A DNA stretch of 64,000 nucleotides from Callorhinchus milii (taxonomy: Eukaryota). Shown piece after piece: positions 51,477 to 64,000 of the stretch; position 1 is the first letter of the stretch; every line of letters starts with the position of its first letter. Both the position numbers and the translations under genes were made by a program. The DNA lies in NCBI RefSeq assembly GCF_018977255.1, contig NW_024704743.1:10852001-10916000 (forward strand). Direction: 5' to 3'. Below the pieces are notes generated by a model. It did no database searches and was not told the origin of the DNA. It saw only the letters and a program-made list of their open reading frames with translations.

Positions 51477-52140
51477 TACAGAAAGTAAAAAGTAGAGAAA
51501 CAAAGAAAATAATAAACAGGTTAATCAAACTGCTGTTCAGTGATCCCTGCTGGAAAACACATGTCTGTGGACACTGAGTGAGGATGGGGTCGGGCTCAGC
51601 TGTAATATCCTTGCCCCTGCCCCCTCCCTACAATTGAATTTCCTTTTAACACTCACCGTTTCAATGGACTTGACTTGGACATTTAGGAATGGTGGATGGC
51701 AGCCAGCATGCCTGGATTTGTACACCAGCATGAATCACTGGTTTCTGGCAGGAAGGCAACCAAATAAACACATCTTGAGGGGAAAGGCATTACCCGAGTG
51801 GTGTTATAACTGGAAAACGCAGGCTTGATTCCTGGCCTGTGCTAAATCACTTTTCCACCATCGGCATCCACATTTTCAGCCACTACATTCTGAAGCTTTG
51901 GAACTCTCTTCCCCCTTTCCTCCACCTTGCCACTCCTTTCCCTCTTTTAGATCACGACTGAATACCTTCCTTTTCGATCTTGGTTACGGTCACATCCTCC
52001 CTCCCCCCGGCTCTGCGTCAGGCTCCGCCACTGTTAAACACACTGATATGCAGTCCTGCTTGAAGGGCACTATATAAATGCAGGTTCTTGTTGTTGTTGT
52101 TTATCTCAGCCAGGGCAACAGTAGCAGTTAATCTCACAAA

Positions 52141-52835
52141 ACACAAAATACTGCAGATGCTGGAAATCTGAAACAAAAACAGAGAGAGCTGGGAAAAGTC
52201 AACAGGTCAGGCAGCATCTATGGAGAAAGGAAAGTGAGTCAACGTTTCGGGTCCACAACCCTTTGTCAGAATTGGGGCATGTTGGGAGGGGGAGGTAGGA
52301 CAGTGCTGTTCCAATGAGCCACAGCGAAAGCTTGAGGAACAGCATCTTATCTATCTGCTAGGGACCCTACAGCCCTCTGGCCTTCATATCAATTTCAGCC
52401 ACTTCAGGCCATAACAGCTCACCTTCCCCCCTCCCCCTCTTTCTCTTACCAGAAGAGTTATCTTCTGTTATCATTAAAATCATCAGCCCAGACACTCTTT
52501 GCCTCTCTCTTGTGTGTTGCCTGTTCTGAACAACTAACACCTCTTCTTTCCAGTTTTGTTTCAAAACCCTCCCCCCCACACTTTTGTTGTACAGCCCCCC
52601 CTTTTGTTTTATGCCACGATCACCTCTTTAACCCATCAACTAACACATTGTCTCCTTTGTCTTTTTTTTGTCATCTTTGTCCTGTCTCCCCCTCTCAACT
52701 TATCCTTAAAAACCTCTCCCTCCCAACATACCCTATTCTGATGAAGGGTTGTGGACCCGAAATTTTGACTCACTTTCCTTTTTCCATAGATGCTACCTGA
52801 CCTACTGAGTTTTCCCAACTCTGCCTGTATTTGCT
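52141..52835 (+). mobile_element. 5'-truncated Penelope-like element with inverted pseudo-LTR
   Basis: 52301-52414 encodes QCCSNEPQRKLEEQHLIYLLGTLQPSGLHINFSHFRP*, a GIY-YIG endonuclease C-terminus. 52141-52296 is an inverted copy of the 3' end 52712-52830. Confidence 0.88.
52734..52771 (+). ncRNA. Minimal hammerhead ribozyme motif in the Penelope pseudo-LTR
   Basis: CTGATGA-A-GGGT-TGTGG-ACCC-GAAA with helix III mutated to TTTT. The antisense copy at 52238-52269 reads CTGACAA...GAAACGTT. Confidence 0.6.
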
Positions 52836-54489
52836 GCAATTAATCTCACGTTGGACACTACTGGAGGATGTTCTGAACCAGAAGGTTGTGGATTCCTATG
52901 CCAGGGTTTCAGTTCACCATCTAGGCTAACATATCAATGCAGTCCTGGGGGAGCACTGCATTTTCAGAGGTGCCGTCCTTCGGGAGAGATCATAATAATC
53001 CTTGTGTTTCATATTCCGCCTTTCACATTGTTCATTAATAACAATAAAACGCTTCACAGGATATACTGTAAAGTGTAATGACTGTGTAGTTTGGGGGGAA
53101 TGCAGCAGCCAATTTGTCCACAACAATGTCCCACAAACAGCCGTTGTGTGAATTTGGGGGATTGTTGGCCAGGCAACAGGAGAATCTCCCTTTTCTTTTT
53201 GCACCATGCCATCGGATCTTTACCGTCCACCTGAACAGGCAGATGGGACCTCAGTGAAAAGCTTCATCTGAAGAACAGCACGTCCTATGGTGCAGCACAC
53301 CACCAGCACTGCATTGGAGTGTAAGCCTAGAATCTATGAATGTCCTGGCCTCAACCACTTTTCCTGGCAACCTGTTGTTAATTACCCTCTGAGTAAAGAA
53401 AAACTTCCCGATGACTACCCAGAAATTGCTGTTTACAACTCTAAACTCTAAATGTCTTCTTGTTTTACTGTCTTGTTGCATCCTAAAGTATTGATCTGGG
53501 TTTGCTTTTTCAATCCCATTTAAAGTGTTATATACATACTCTAAGTTGTCTTCTCTCAAGACTGAAGAGCTCTAGCTTATCTAATCATTGCTCATTGTTC
53601 ATTCCTCTAACACCGTGCTCTCCTCTGCATTGCCTTTGGCATCTGGGCAGCTCCCTTATGTCACATTTAGGTGTGGATCAGAGAAGAAATTGGACATGAT
53701 ATATAAGTGAGAAAGTAATAATCCCTTCAAATAAGATTTTTTTAAAAATCACTCAATCCACTGCTGTGTGCAATTAGCTACCGCGTTTCGCCCACAAAAT
53801 ATACAGTCAATTCACTTTACAGTGTAATCGAGATGTCTTGAAGACATGATTATTATCAAGTAAAGAGAAGGATATAGAAAGGGGACAGGGAGAGGAGATT
53901 AGGGGGGTGGAGGCTCAAGCAGGATATAAACACCAGCAAGGACTCGTTGGGCTGAATGACCATTTTCATTGCCCTGTACAATCCATGTAATTCTGTGAAA
54001 CGTAAAAATTGCTGTGCAGCATATGAACCTGCCACAAGGGGAAGGAAACAGTTGGGTGGGTGGCAGCCAGATTTACAGGCTGTGAGGAGAAGCGAGTGAT
54101 TCCCACCAGGAGTGAGAACCACTTGTAAGACAAGTAGCACCCAAATAAACTACATCACTTTAACTGGCTAGATTCCAGATGCACCTCCTCCCCCCACTCA
54201 GATGTTAAGTGTTTCTAATGCCTTGTCAAGATATAGGGAAAGGTCATGTGTATATATCTGTGATACATCACCCACTCTCCCATGCTTTACCATGAAGTCT
54301 TGGTTGTCTGAAATGCAAATCTCTGAAGGATTTCCTTGCGTGTCAGACCCGAAGAAAAATCAAACAATTTTGAATGCAGATATTTGAAGCGTTTATTCCT
54401 TCAAATATCTTGACGTACTTACAATTAAGGCAGCAATATAAACTTATTGAACAGCATTTTACTTGCATTCTGAAGTGGGATATGTATTC

Positions 54490-54838
54490 ATAGCACTCAC
54501 CTCGCAAGTACCTGGGTTCGATTCCCGGGGAGGGCAAAACATTAGGCAAGTTTCCTTACTCCACATGCATCTGTTTATCTAGCAATAAGTAGCTTGTTAG
54601 ATGATTGGCGGATCATTTTTCCGCGTGTAATAATCCCTTCAAAGAAAATAATAATAATAATTTGGTCACTCGATCTACGACTGTTTGTGGGACACAGCTG
54701 TGCGCAATTGGCTGCCGAGTTTCACTCACAAAATACATAGTCAATTCACTTTACAGTACTTGTACTGTGAAGCACTTTGAGACGTCTCAAAGTCATGATA
54801 AAGCTCTATATCAAATGCAAGGATTATTATTATTATTA
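54490..54838 (+). mobile_element. Older tRNA/Deu SINE copy
   Basis: B box GGTTCGATTCC, Deu core, tail and (TTA)n. Confidence 0.85.
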
Positions 54839-55744
54839 ATGTAGTGCTCCCCCAGTACTGCACTGATAGATTGTGCACTCAAGCCCCAATTTTGGACTTG
54901 AATCCACAACCTTCTGTTTCAGAACACCCTTAATAACACCCAACGTAAGGTCAATTGTAGTACCTCTGCTGCTGCCCTGGCTACCTCAACGCTGGCCAGG
55001 ATTGCTGAGGGCAAATTGACTGCTGCATTCCGCTATAGAAACAGTGAATCCTTTACAGTGAATCCTGTGACGTGCTTTGAGACATCTTCCTGACAAGAAA
55101 GATGCTCTATCAAATGCAAGGATTATTATTATTATATTATTATTACTTGTAATGTCTTACCTGAAATGTAATCGGCAGATGGTAGGACACAAGCACAAAG
55201 CAGGTAAAAAGAGACACTATTCAGCTATGATTAGCGAAGAATGTTTAAATAATCAAGTGGAATGTCATTAATTTCTCTACAAGACCTGCTACTTGTGTTA
55301 TTGAGACAAGATCTGCTGTGACCCAGTTTGCTAGGAAATGTTGACCTCTTCCCCTGGATAATTTGATTGGTTCCGTTTCAGAGAATTTTAGCACTCGATG
55401 CCTGTCACTGTGATTATCCTCACATGACCTCAGAGTGCAGAGAGCAAGCCAATAAAAAGTAAATTAATACGTTAAGGGTGCACGGCACAAGAGGTTTTAT
55501 TTTAAAAGAGAGTTAATGGGTTTTTACTTGTTGAATTATCACTGTGAGCATCTCTAAAATGAATGATACACATAAGAAAAGTTCAAATCTCGTGTTACAG
55601 TTCAGAAAGATATTCCCAGCATTACGACCAAGTATTGATCTTATTGATGCACATCACTGAATGTTTTCAGGGTTTAACCCAGAGAGGAGTGAGATGTATA
55701 AATCAAATATACCGCTCTACAATACTACATTGGAGGAAGGGAAA

Positions 55745-56717
55745 CAGGTTTCCAGGCTGTTTGTGTGTCTCTGGTTTCCTTGCTACGTTTGTGTGTCTGG
55801 GTTCCTGGCTGTGTGTGTGTGTCTGGGTTCCTGGTTGTGTGTGTGTCTGGGTTCCTGGCTGTGTGTGTGTGTCTGTGTGTGTCTGGGTTCCTGGCTGTGT
55901 GTGTGTATCTGTGTGTGTCTGGGTTCCTGGCTGCGTGTGTGTGTGTCTGGGTTCCTGGCTGTGTGTGTGTGTCTGTGTGTGTCTGGGTTCCTGGCTGTGT
56001 GTGTCTGTGTGTGTCTGGGTTCCTGGCTGCGTGTGTGTGTGTCTGGGTTCCTGGCTGTGTGTGTGTGTCTGTGTGTGTCTGGGTTCCTGGCTGTGTGTGT
56101 GTGTCTGTGTGTGTCTGGGTTCCTGGCTGCGTGTGTGTGTGTTTGGGTTCCTGGCTGTGTGTGTGTATCTGTGTGTGTCTGGGTTCCTGGCTGGGTGTGT
56201 GTGTGTCTGGGTTCCTCGCTGTGTGTCTGTGTGTGTCTGGGTTCCTGGCTGCGTGTGTGTGTGTCTGGGTTCCTGGCTGTGTGTGTGTATCTGTGTGTGT
56301 CTGGGTTCCTGGCTGCGTGTGTGTGTGTCTGGGTTCCTCGCTGTGTGTCTGTGTGTGTCTGGGTTCCTGGCTGCGTGTGTGTGTGTGTCTGGGTTCCTGG
56401 CTGTGTGTGTGTATCTGTGTGTGTCTGGGTTCCTGGCTGCGTGTGTGTGTGTCTGGGTTCCTGGCTGTGTGTGTGTGTGTGTCTGGGTTCCTGGCTGCGT
56501 GTGTGTGTGTCTGGGTTCCTGGATGTGTGTGTGTCTGTGTGTCTGGGTTCCTGGCTGTGTGTGTGTGTCTGTGTGTGTTTGTGTTCCTGGCTGTGTATGT
56601 GTGTGTGTGTGTGTGTGTGTCTGGGTTCCTGGCTGTGTGTGTGTGTCTGGGTTCCTGGCTGTGTGTGTGTGTCTGGGTTCCTGGCTGTGTGTGTGTGTCT
56701 GGGTTCCTGGCTGTCTG
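55745..56717. repeat. Compound minisatellite: about 30 units of CTGGGTTCCTGGCTG plus a variable (TG)n tract
   Basis: Read directly; unit length about 24-40 bp, degenerate units at the left edge. Confidence 0.98.
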
Positions 56718-56719
56718 GT

Positions 56720-57005
56720 TCCCGCCTGACCCATCCTACAATCGGTGGCCGGGCTTTCAGCTTCTCTGCCCCCACAATCTGGAACTCCATACCACGGTCC
56801 CTTCGCCTCGCTTCCTCCCTTGCCTCCTTCAAGGCCGGTCGCAAGACTCTCCTCTTCGATCATGCCTTCGGTCACCCTCCCTCCTCTCTGCCTTCCCTCA
56901 CCCCTACCCCACCCCCATACTCGGGCACCAACACCTGACTGTTCAGCACTTTGGGACGTCCTTCCGACATGAAAGGCGCTCTATAAATGTAATTTTGTTC
57001 TTGTT
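56720..57005 (+). mobile_element. L2 3' fragment
   Basis: [20 protein letters not shown], stem-loop and TTG tail. Confidence 0.88.
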
Positions 57006-59054
57006 AACAAGATTCAGTAAACCTGTACACATGGAATCAGTGGCCATTAGCAGAGCTGGCAAAGAAAAATAATTTAAAATAATAATAATACTAAAATTAA
57101 TAATAATACTTGGTATTTGATGTAGCGTCAAAATGTCTCAAAGCACTTCACAGGATTTTTGCTATGAAGTGTGCAGACTGTATTTGTAGGGGAAACACAA
57201 CAACAAATTACATTTGTATAGCGTCTTTCACATCAGGAGGATGTGACAAAATACTGGAAAAATGTGGCCTATACGGAGATCTAATCCACAACCTTGACAT
57301 TATTAGCACCACGCTCTAACCAACTGAACTAACCGGCCAGACTGCATACAGCAATGAAGTGATTTGCTGGTGAATATTGATCAGTCAATAGAGATTTCCA
57401 TTGATTGTGATGCTGACTGTCAATAAAACTGATCAAATGCTGGGTTGCAACTTGAAATCAACTGTTATTTTGGGAGTGGAAACAGAACATTCAAAACAAG
57501 AAGTAACAGATAATGACTCCTGATAGTAACTGTTTGTGGGTCATCATATCCAGGAGCAGACTGGATGGTAGCGGAGTTCCAGCAAGCATTATAGCGCTTT
57601 ATTACATCGTTGAGGCATTTCAAAGCCCTTCACAGAATATACTGTAGAGTGTAGTAACTGTATTTTGTGGGCGAAAATCCATCCATCTCCCTCCCTGATG
57701 GCCCCGCTCTTCTTCTATGGACTGACTGATATCTCACTGAGAACCAGATTGTGTCACAGAAGTTATGTCACAAGTTTAATAATCACGGGGAGAGAGGCTT
57801 GCAGGAGCATTGAAGAGTGAAAGTAACACTGAAGAAGCCACAACTGGTATCATTGCATATTTCTCTCAGCATTTCTACCTGTCACACGCATTGATATTAT
57901 TTTACAGAAAATACTGTATGTCTCAATCACATTGGCCTCTTTTTTCATACACAAAGTCAATAATAGTTATCGCTTTGTCAGCCCTTCACCTCTAATCCAT
58001 GATGAACTGATAAGCTTTGTCAGCAAATCTCAGAATATCACCTTGTTCAGAAATTTCCCAACATCTTGCTATAGACACCCAAGCCAGAAGTGCTGGGAAC
58101 AGAAGTCTGTCACAGATAATATCTACAATTTAATGATTACTTTCCATGATTCATCAATGGTAGGGTAAATGTAAGAAGGCCACATAATATTTTCCTTCAC
58201 AAATATTTAACAAATTGTTTTCAAAATTTTGTTGACAAATGCTCCCAAACTTTAATGATTGTTGATGCTAGTCTGATCTTTGATGCTACATTTCACAACT
58301 CAAAGGAACTGGTCATTGCAACAAGAATGCTGGCTGATTAACAATAACAAAATGACATTTGTATAGCGCCTTTCACGTCGGGAGGACGTCCCATGGTGCT
58401 GGGCAATCAATGTTTCAGACTGGAGCTTAGGGTCAGAATCGGGAGGGTGGAGGGCTGGGGGGAAGGAGGGAGACCAAAGGCACCTTTGAAGAGGAGGGTC
58501 TTGAGATGGGTCTTGAAGGAGGCAAAGGGAGGGGGTGAGGTGGAAGGATGGAGTTCAGAGTGGCAAAAGGCTCGCCTGCCAATAGTGGGGCGGGCAAGGC
58601 GAGCCTGCTGAGAGGAGGGGGCGGGCCAGTTGGTAGGGGGTTAGGAGGTCTCAAAGGTAGGAAGGAGCAAAGCCATGGAGGGTTTTGAAGGTGAGGACCA
58701 GGATCTTGAAATGTAAAGAAGGTCCGACACCATACGACAGCTTTATGGACACAGGGTCAACATCAATCATTTACTGCACACTCGTCAATGTATTTCTTTG
58801 TTGTAGCTATTGAATGCTTTCAATCCTGATAAACTACCAGGGGAATAAAACTCAATACTATATTGTTGACGTTGCCAAGCATGGCAAATTGAGGACAGTT
58901 AATGATGACACAACTGGTTCAAATGGAATTCCCTCTCCCTCCTTCCCTTCCTCTATTCCTCCCACACTAACTAATATGTTAGTCGTGTAATATTTACAAT
59001 GTTTTCAGATGTCTATCATTCTGCATTGCTCAAAACGGTATCATGAATCAAAAT

Positions 59055-60845
59055 GCCTCACCCATCCTCTCCTCAAGCTCCAACTGTGAGGAGATGCTGA
59101 ATTTCCTCAAAACCAAAATCGAGGGGATAGGTTCAGCCACCTTTGCCCTGTTCACAACCACCCCCGCATCACCTCTCCCTCATGACCCACCCCCCACCCT
59201 ATACTCCTTCGACCCTATCTCTCCCTCCCCGCGATTGTTCGCAAACTCAAATCCACCACCTGTTCCCTCGATCCCATCCCCACCTCTCTTCCCATCTCCA
59301 CCTTCTGACCCATCTCCTGTCCGACTTCATCAACCTCTCCTTGTCAACCAGTTCAGTTCCAACCCCCTTGAAAACAGCTGTCATCACCCCCATCCTGAAA
59401 AAAACCTTCCCAGGACTCATCCGTACTCTCCAGCTACCGCCCCATCTCTAACCTTCCATTCATCTCCAAGGTCCTGGAACAAGTCGTCGCTTCCCAGTTC
59501 CACTCCTTTCTCTCTCGCCAATCCCTCTTTGAACCCCTCCAATCCGGCTTCCGTGCTGCCCACAGCACGGAAACAACCCTGGTCAAAGTCACTAATGACC
59601 TCCTCGATCTCTCTGCCGCCTTCGACACTGTCGACCACTCCATCCTCATACACCGTCTCTCCTCCTTATTTAATCTTCTCGGACGTGCCCTTGTCTGCTT
59701 CGATTCCTATCTCTCTCACCGTCTCCACTTTGTTGCCTCTAACGGTTTCTCCTCCAGCTCCAGTACTGTCACGTCTGGCATCCCCCGGGGTTCTGTCCTT
59801 GGCCCTCTCCTCTTTAATATCTACATGCTCCCCCTTGGTGACATCATCCGCAGACATGGGGTCAACTTCCACATGTATGCGGATGACACCCAACTCTATC
59901 TTTTTGCCTCCACCCTCAACTCCAGGACCGCTGCTGTCCTGACAGACTGCCTGTCAGACATCAAGTCCTGGATGAGGGCAAACTTCCTAAAGTTGAATGT
60001 GAACAAGACTAAGGTCCTCCTGATTGGCTCCCGCCAGCGCCTTTGCACCTCAGGCTCTGGCAGCATCAACCTCCATGGTTGCACTACAACTCACCAGCCA
60101 GTCAGGAACCTAGGTGTCTTGTTCGACCCTCAACTGTCTTTTCTTCCCCACATCCAAGCCATGACCCGCTCTGCCTTCGCTCACCTCCATAACGTCACCC
60201 GAATACACCGCTACCTCACCCCTCAGGCCGCTGAAACTCTTGTTCATGCCTTCATCACCTCCAGACTCGACTGTGCAAACGCCCTGCGTGTCGGCCTTCC
60301 TAACTCCTCCCTCCACAGGCTGCAGATAATCCAGAACTCTGCAGCCCGTGTCCTCTCCCGCACCAAACTCCGTGACCCCACCTCCCCCATTCTCGCCCGA
60401 CTCCATTGGCTCCCTATCCTTCAGAGGATCCAGTTCAAAATCCTGGTCCTCACCTACAAAGCCCTCAATGGTCTTGCACCACCCTATCTCTGGGACCTCC
60501 TAACCCCCTACCAACCTGCCCGCTCCCTCCGCTCTGTCGGCTCCGGCCTGCCCCACGTCCCCCGATCTACCAGCCCCACCATTGGCGGAAGAGCCTTCAG
60601 CCACTCTGCCCCCAACCTCTGGAACTCCATCCCCCAATCATTCCGCCTTGCCCCTTGCTTATCCTCCTTCATGGCTCGCCTCAAAACCCTCCTCTTCGCC
60701 CATGCCATTGGTCATCCCCCTTCCCCTCCCCTCCCTTCTCCCTCCTGACCCCAGCTGGGGTCTGAAATGCTGTACCCTGTCCAGTGCCTTGGGACGTCCT
60801 CCCGATGTGAAAGGCGCTATACAAATGTAATCTTGTTGTTGTTAT
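59055..60845 (+). mobile_element. 5'-truncated L2 LINE (RT and C-terminus)
   Basis: ORF 59825-60748: [10 protein letters not shown]...[14 protein letters not shown]...[15 protein letters not shown]. (TTG)n tail. Another L2 tail at 58340-58712 (-). Confidence 0.95.
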
Positions 60846-61549
60846 TTTTAAACAAGGAGCATTTGTACTGGATGTTATAATGATCTTACGCACACTGGCA
60901 TCTGACTTTGGCTGAATGTCAACAAACCTCGGGAATTCTAAACCGCTGGAATTCTGCTGCCATCTAATCTGCTCCCGGGAATAATGCACAAACAGTTACT
61001 GTCAGGAGTCACTGTTTGTGACTGCTTGCTTTGAATGTTCTGTTTCCACTTCAAAATAATAATAGTAGCACCTTTTCACATCATTGAGTTGTCTCAAAGA
61101 ACTTCACAGAATATACTGTAAAGTGAATAGACTGTATATTTTGTGGGTGAAAAGCAGCAACCAATTGCAGACAGCAGTGTCCCACAAACAGTCATGGATT
61201 GAGCCATGTCCTCTCGTTTGCGAGGCAAGTGCTCTAACCTGTACGCTACAGGATTCTAAAATAACAGATGCTTTCAAGTTGAAAACCAAACATTTGATCA
61301 TTTATTCACCAACAAGCCACTTCATTGGCTACTTCTCCTACAAGTACAGTCACTACACTTCACAGCTAAAATACTATGTAGTGTTTTGAGACATTTTGAC
61401 AAGATGATACATCAAATATGCAAGATTACGATTATTACAAACCATTTTCCAACTCTGCTAATGGCCACCTAGTCTATTTGTATAGGTTTACAGGATCTTA
61501 TGAACTCATATTTATGGCTCGTTACACTGCTTTCCTCCCTAGGATTATT

Positions 61550-62165
61550 ACAACAACAACAAAATTATGTTTGTATAGCACCTTTCACATCAGGAGGATG
61601 TCCCAAGGCACTGGACAATCAATGTTTCAGACTCGAGCTGGGGATCAGGATTGGGAAGGGTGGAGGGCAGAGGGAAAGCAGGGTGATCAAAAGCACAGTT
61701 GAAGAGGAGGGTCTTGAGATGCGTCTTGAAAGCTGCAAGGAAGGGGGCAAGGTGGAGGGACTGTAGGATGGCGTTCCAGTGGATGGGGGCAGAGAGGCAG
61801 AAGACCTTCCCGCCAATTATGGGGTGAACGAGATAGGGGTCGTCAAGCAGGCCAGAGCCCGCTGAGCAGAGTGCTAGGGTGTTAGGAGGTTGCAGAGGTA
61901 ATGGGGAGCAAGACCATGGAGGGCTTTGAAGGTGAGGACCAGAATCTTGAATATATCCTCTGTGTGATGGGAGGCCAGTGGAGTTGGGCGAGGATGGGGG
62001 TGATAGGATCACGGAGCCTGATGCGAGAGAGGACACGGGCTGCAGAGTTCTGGATGATCTGCAGCCTATGGAGGGAGGAGGTGGGGAGGCCGACAAGCAA
62101 GGAGTTTGGGTAGTCAAGCCTCAATGTAATGAATGCATCTATGAGGGTTTTAGCGGCCTGCAGTG
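61550..62165 (-). mobile_element. L2 3' fragment
   Basis: RLDYPNSLLVGLP...[12 protein letters not shown]...ITPILAQLHW and (CAA)n tail. Confidence 0.9.
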
Positions 62166-63910
62166 TGAGATATTATTATTAAGTTGCATGTCTAAATATT
62201 ACTACTATTTAGACATGCAATGTTTTCTAATGATGGCTGGAAACATGCTCCCTGCTTCACATCACATAAAGAAAATAACCTTCCAGGCATTCTAGAGTTC
62301 ATATCATTTTATTTTTTTCAAACTTGCCAGTATATACTTTCTGTAACAGCACAGAGAATGGCAGTAATTATAACCTTCAATCTGCTCACTGGTGTGTGAT
62401 ATTATTATGTAGTATGTAAAGTACTGTGTTTTCTCCATTACTCAAATGCATCTGAAATCCAAAAAACAAAAACCTCCAAGTGATTTTTTCGGTCAGGTTG
62501 TTATTAAGGATAGATTAGACAGTCTTGGCTGTTGATCCTGCTTGTTTTGATTTCTCACATTGTAAAATAAATGCCTTCCATAGAGCATTAGATCTAAAGC
62601 TGCACTAATTCGCAGCCAAACATGCAGTATCAATGAGGGCTCTGACAGCCATGAAATTATTGTTGGACACCAGGAGAAAACTTCCTTCTTTTTGAGTTGT
62701 GCTATGGGATCTTCAATGTCCACCTGAAGAGCAGATTCCAACAATGCATGCTACCTCCAGCACTGCAGTGGAGTGGCCAGTCCAACACTATGGCTTTAAA
62801 GTCCCAATGTGGAGCTTAAACCCAAACCTTTCTGACAGTAGTGAGAGAGAGAGTGCTGCAACTGATCCAGGCTGACATCCATAAAAGTAGTGGGTACAAA
62901 TCAAATCAGGCTCATTCTTTGATGATATGTTGTGTAGTGTCTGGGTATTTGTAGGCAAATTTGGCAGCCACAAACAGCCATGAAGTGTTTGACTGTTAGT
63001 AGGACATAGCTGTCACATTTGCCTACAAATGAAGACTAGCTAAAACTCCCTTTTCTTTTCAAATAATGTCATGGTTTATTTAACATCCACCCGAAAAAGC
63101 AGATGGGAACACAGTTTTCATCTCATCCAAAAGATGTCACCTCCAACAATGCAGCATTCCCCATTACAACACTGAAGTGTCAACCTAGACGGGCTTGAAT
63201 CTATAACCTTCTAATCCAAAATTCTCACAGCCAGCATGACATACTTCCTATTAAGTGCTCTGAGTCACCACCCTATGTGAAGAGTTCTAAATAAATGCAA
63301 GTTGTTGTTTTTCCAGACACTATTCCAGTCACTATTAATGACCCTGCTACGAAATAATGCATATCAGACCCCATTGTTGAAAATAACCTTGCTACATATA
63401 TAGTGTTGGAGTGATTATAATGAACTTACTCTTATCTTGAAGATTCAGGGAACAATAAAACTTTCAGTGTGACCTCTGTGCTTAACAATATTATCAGAAC
63501 CCCTTTAATGAGACAACATTGTGTAAATCACTCCCATTCACCATTTACTCTCTGTGTGATAAAAGCTGTGTATACTCTATGCATTGCCCAAAAATCTGTA
63601 AATCTTCCTTATACTTACAGATCTTGGACTAATGGATTTCCCATTTGAACCTCACACTGACAAAGTTGATTAAATCAACTTGCCAAAGGTGTCACCCAGG
63701 CTCAGTTGGTAGCAATATTAGCTTGAGAATCAGAACATTGTGGGTTCAAGCCCAGAATGGGATTTTGAGCTCATAATCTATGGTGACACTCCAACGCAAA
63801 GCTGTGGAGCATTATACTGTATTATCAGAGGTGGCATCCTTCAGAGTCCCATCTGCTTTTGTATAGGTAGAAGTTAAAGATCTATTCAAAAAGAATACGG
63901 AGTTTCTCCT

Positions 63911-64000
63911 AAAACAAAAACAGAGATTGCTGGGAATACTCAGCAGGCTATGCAGCATCTATGAAGAAAGAAAAGTGGGTCAACGTTTCGGGTCCATGAC
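63911..64000 (-). mobile_element. Penelope pseudo-LTR-derived element, cut by the window end
   Basis: Matches 52170-52260. Minus strand reads GTCATGGACCC-GAAA-CGTTGAC, the 3' half of the hammerhead with intact helix III. Confidence 0.8.

Noticed and set aside
55790..56717. CRISPR-like look (constant repeat with variable spacers)
   Set aside because: Spacers are only (TG)n length variants, the context is eukaryotic and there are no cas genes.
55563..57072. Five long ORFs (353-435 aa) rich in Cys/Val or His/Thr
   Set aside because: Translations of the (TG)-rich minisatellite; no domain content.

Overview
Repeat-dense, AT-rich vertebrate DNA. The repeat set (tRNA-Ala/Deu-domain SINE with an L2-type tail, C-rich L2 LINEs, CR1 LINEs, Penelope-derived elements) suggests a cartilaginous fish, probably a chimaera; this is an inference. 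I found no convincing host exon, tRNA, rRNA or CRISPR array, so the window looks intergenic or deep intronic. Every recognisable ORF belongs to a decayed transposon: a Gypsy LTR/gag/protease remnant, CR1 and L2 LINEs, two old L1/Tx1-like fragments, a full-length Tigger/pogo element nested in a SINE, and a Penelope GIY-YIG tail. The most notable observations are minimal hammerhead ribozyme motifs in palindromic Penelope-derived elements, several template-switch or templated-insertion scars (39.3-39.8 kb, 41.9-44.1 kb), a near-identical 1.4-kb duplication with one breakpoint in a SINE, covariation in the stem-loop shared by SINE and L2 tails, an unexplained diverged inverted pair with an internal hairpin (57.5/61.0 kb), and a few repeat-free islands with enhancer-like motifs. 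I do not see strong evidence for a wholly new biological system. Coordinates were read by eye and are approximate to a few bp, more for old repeats.
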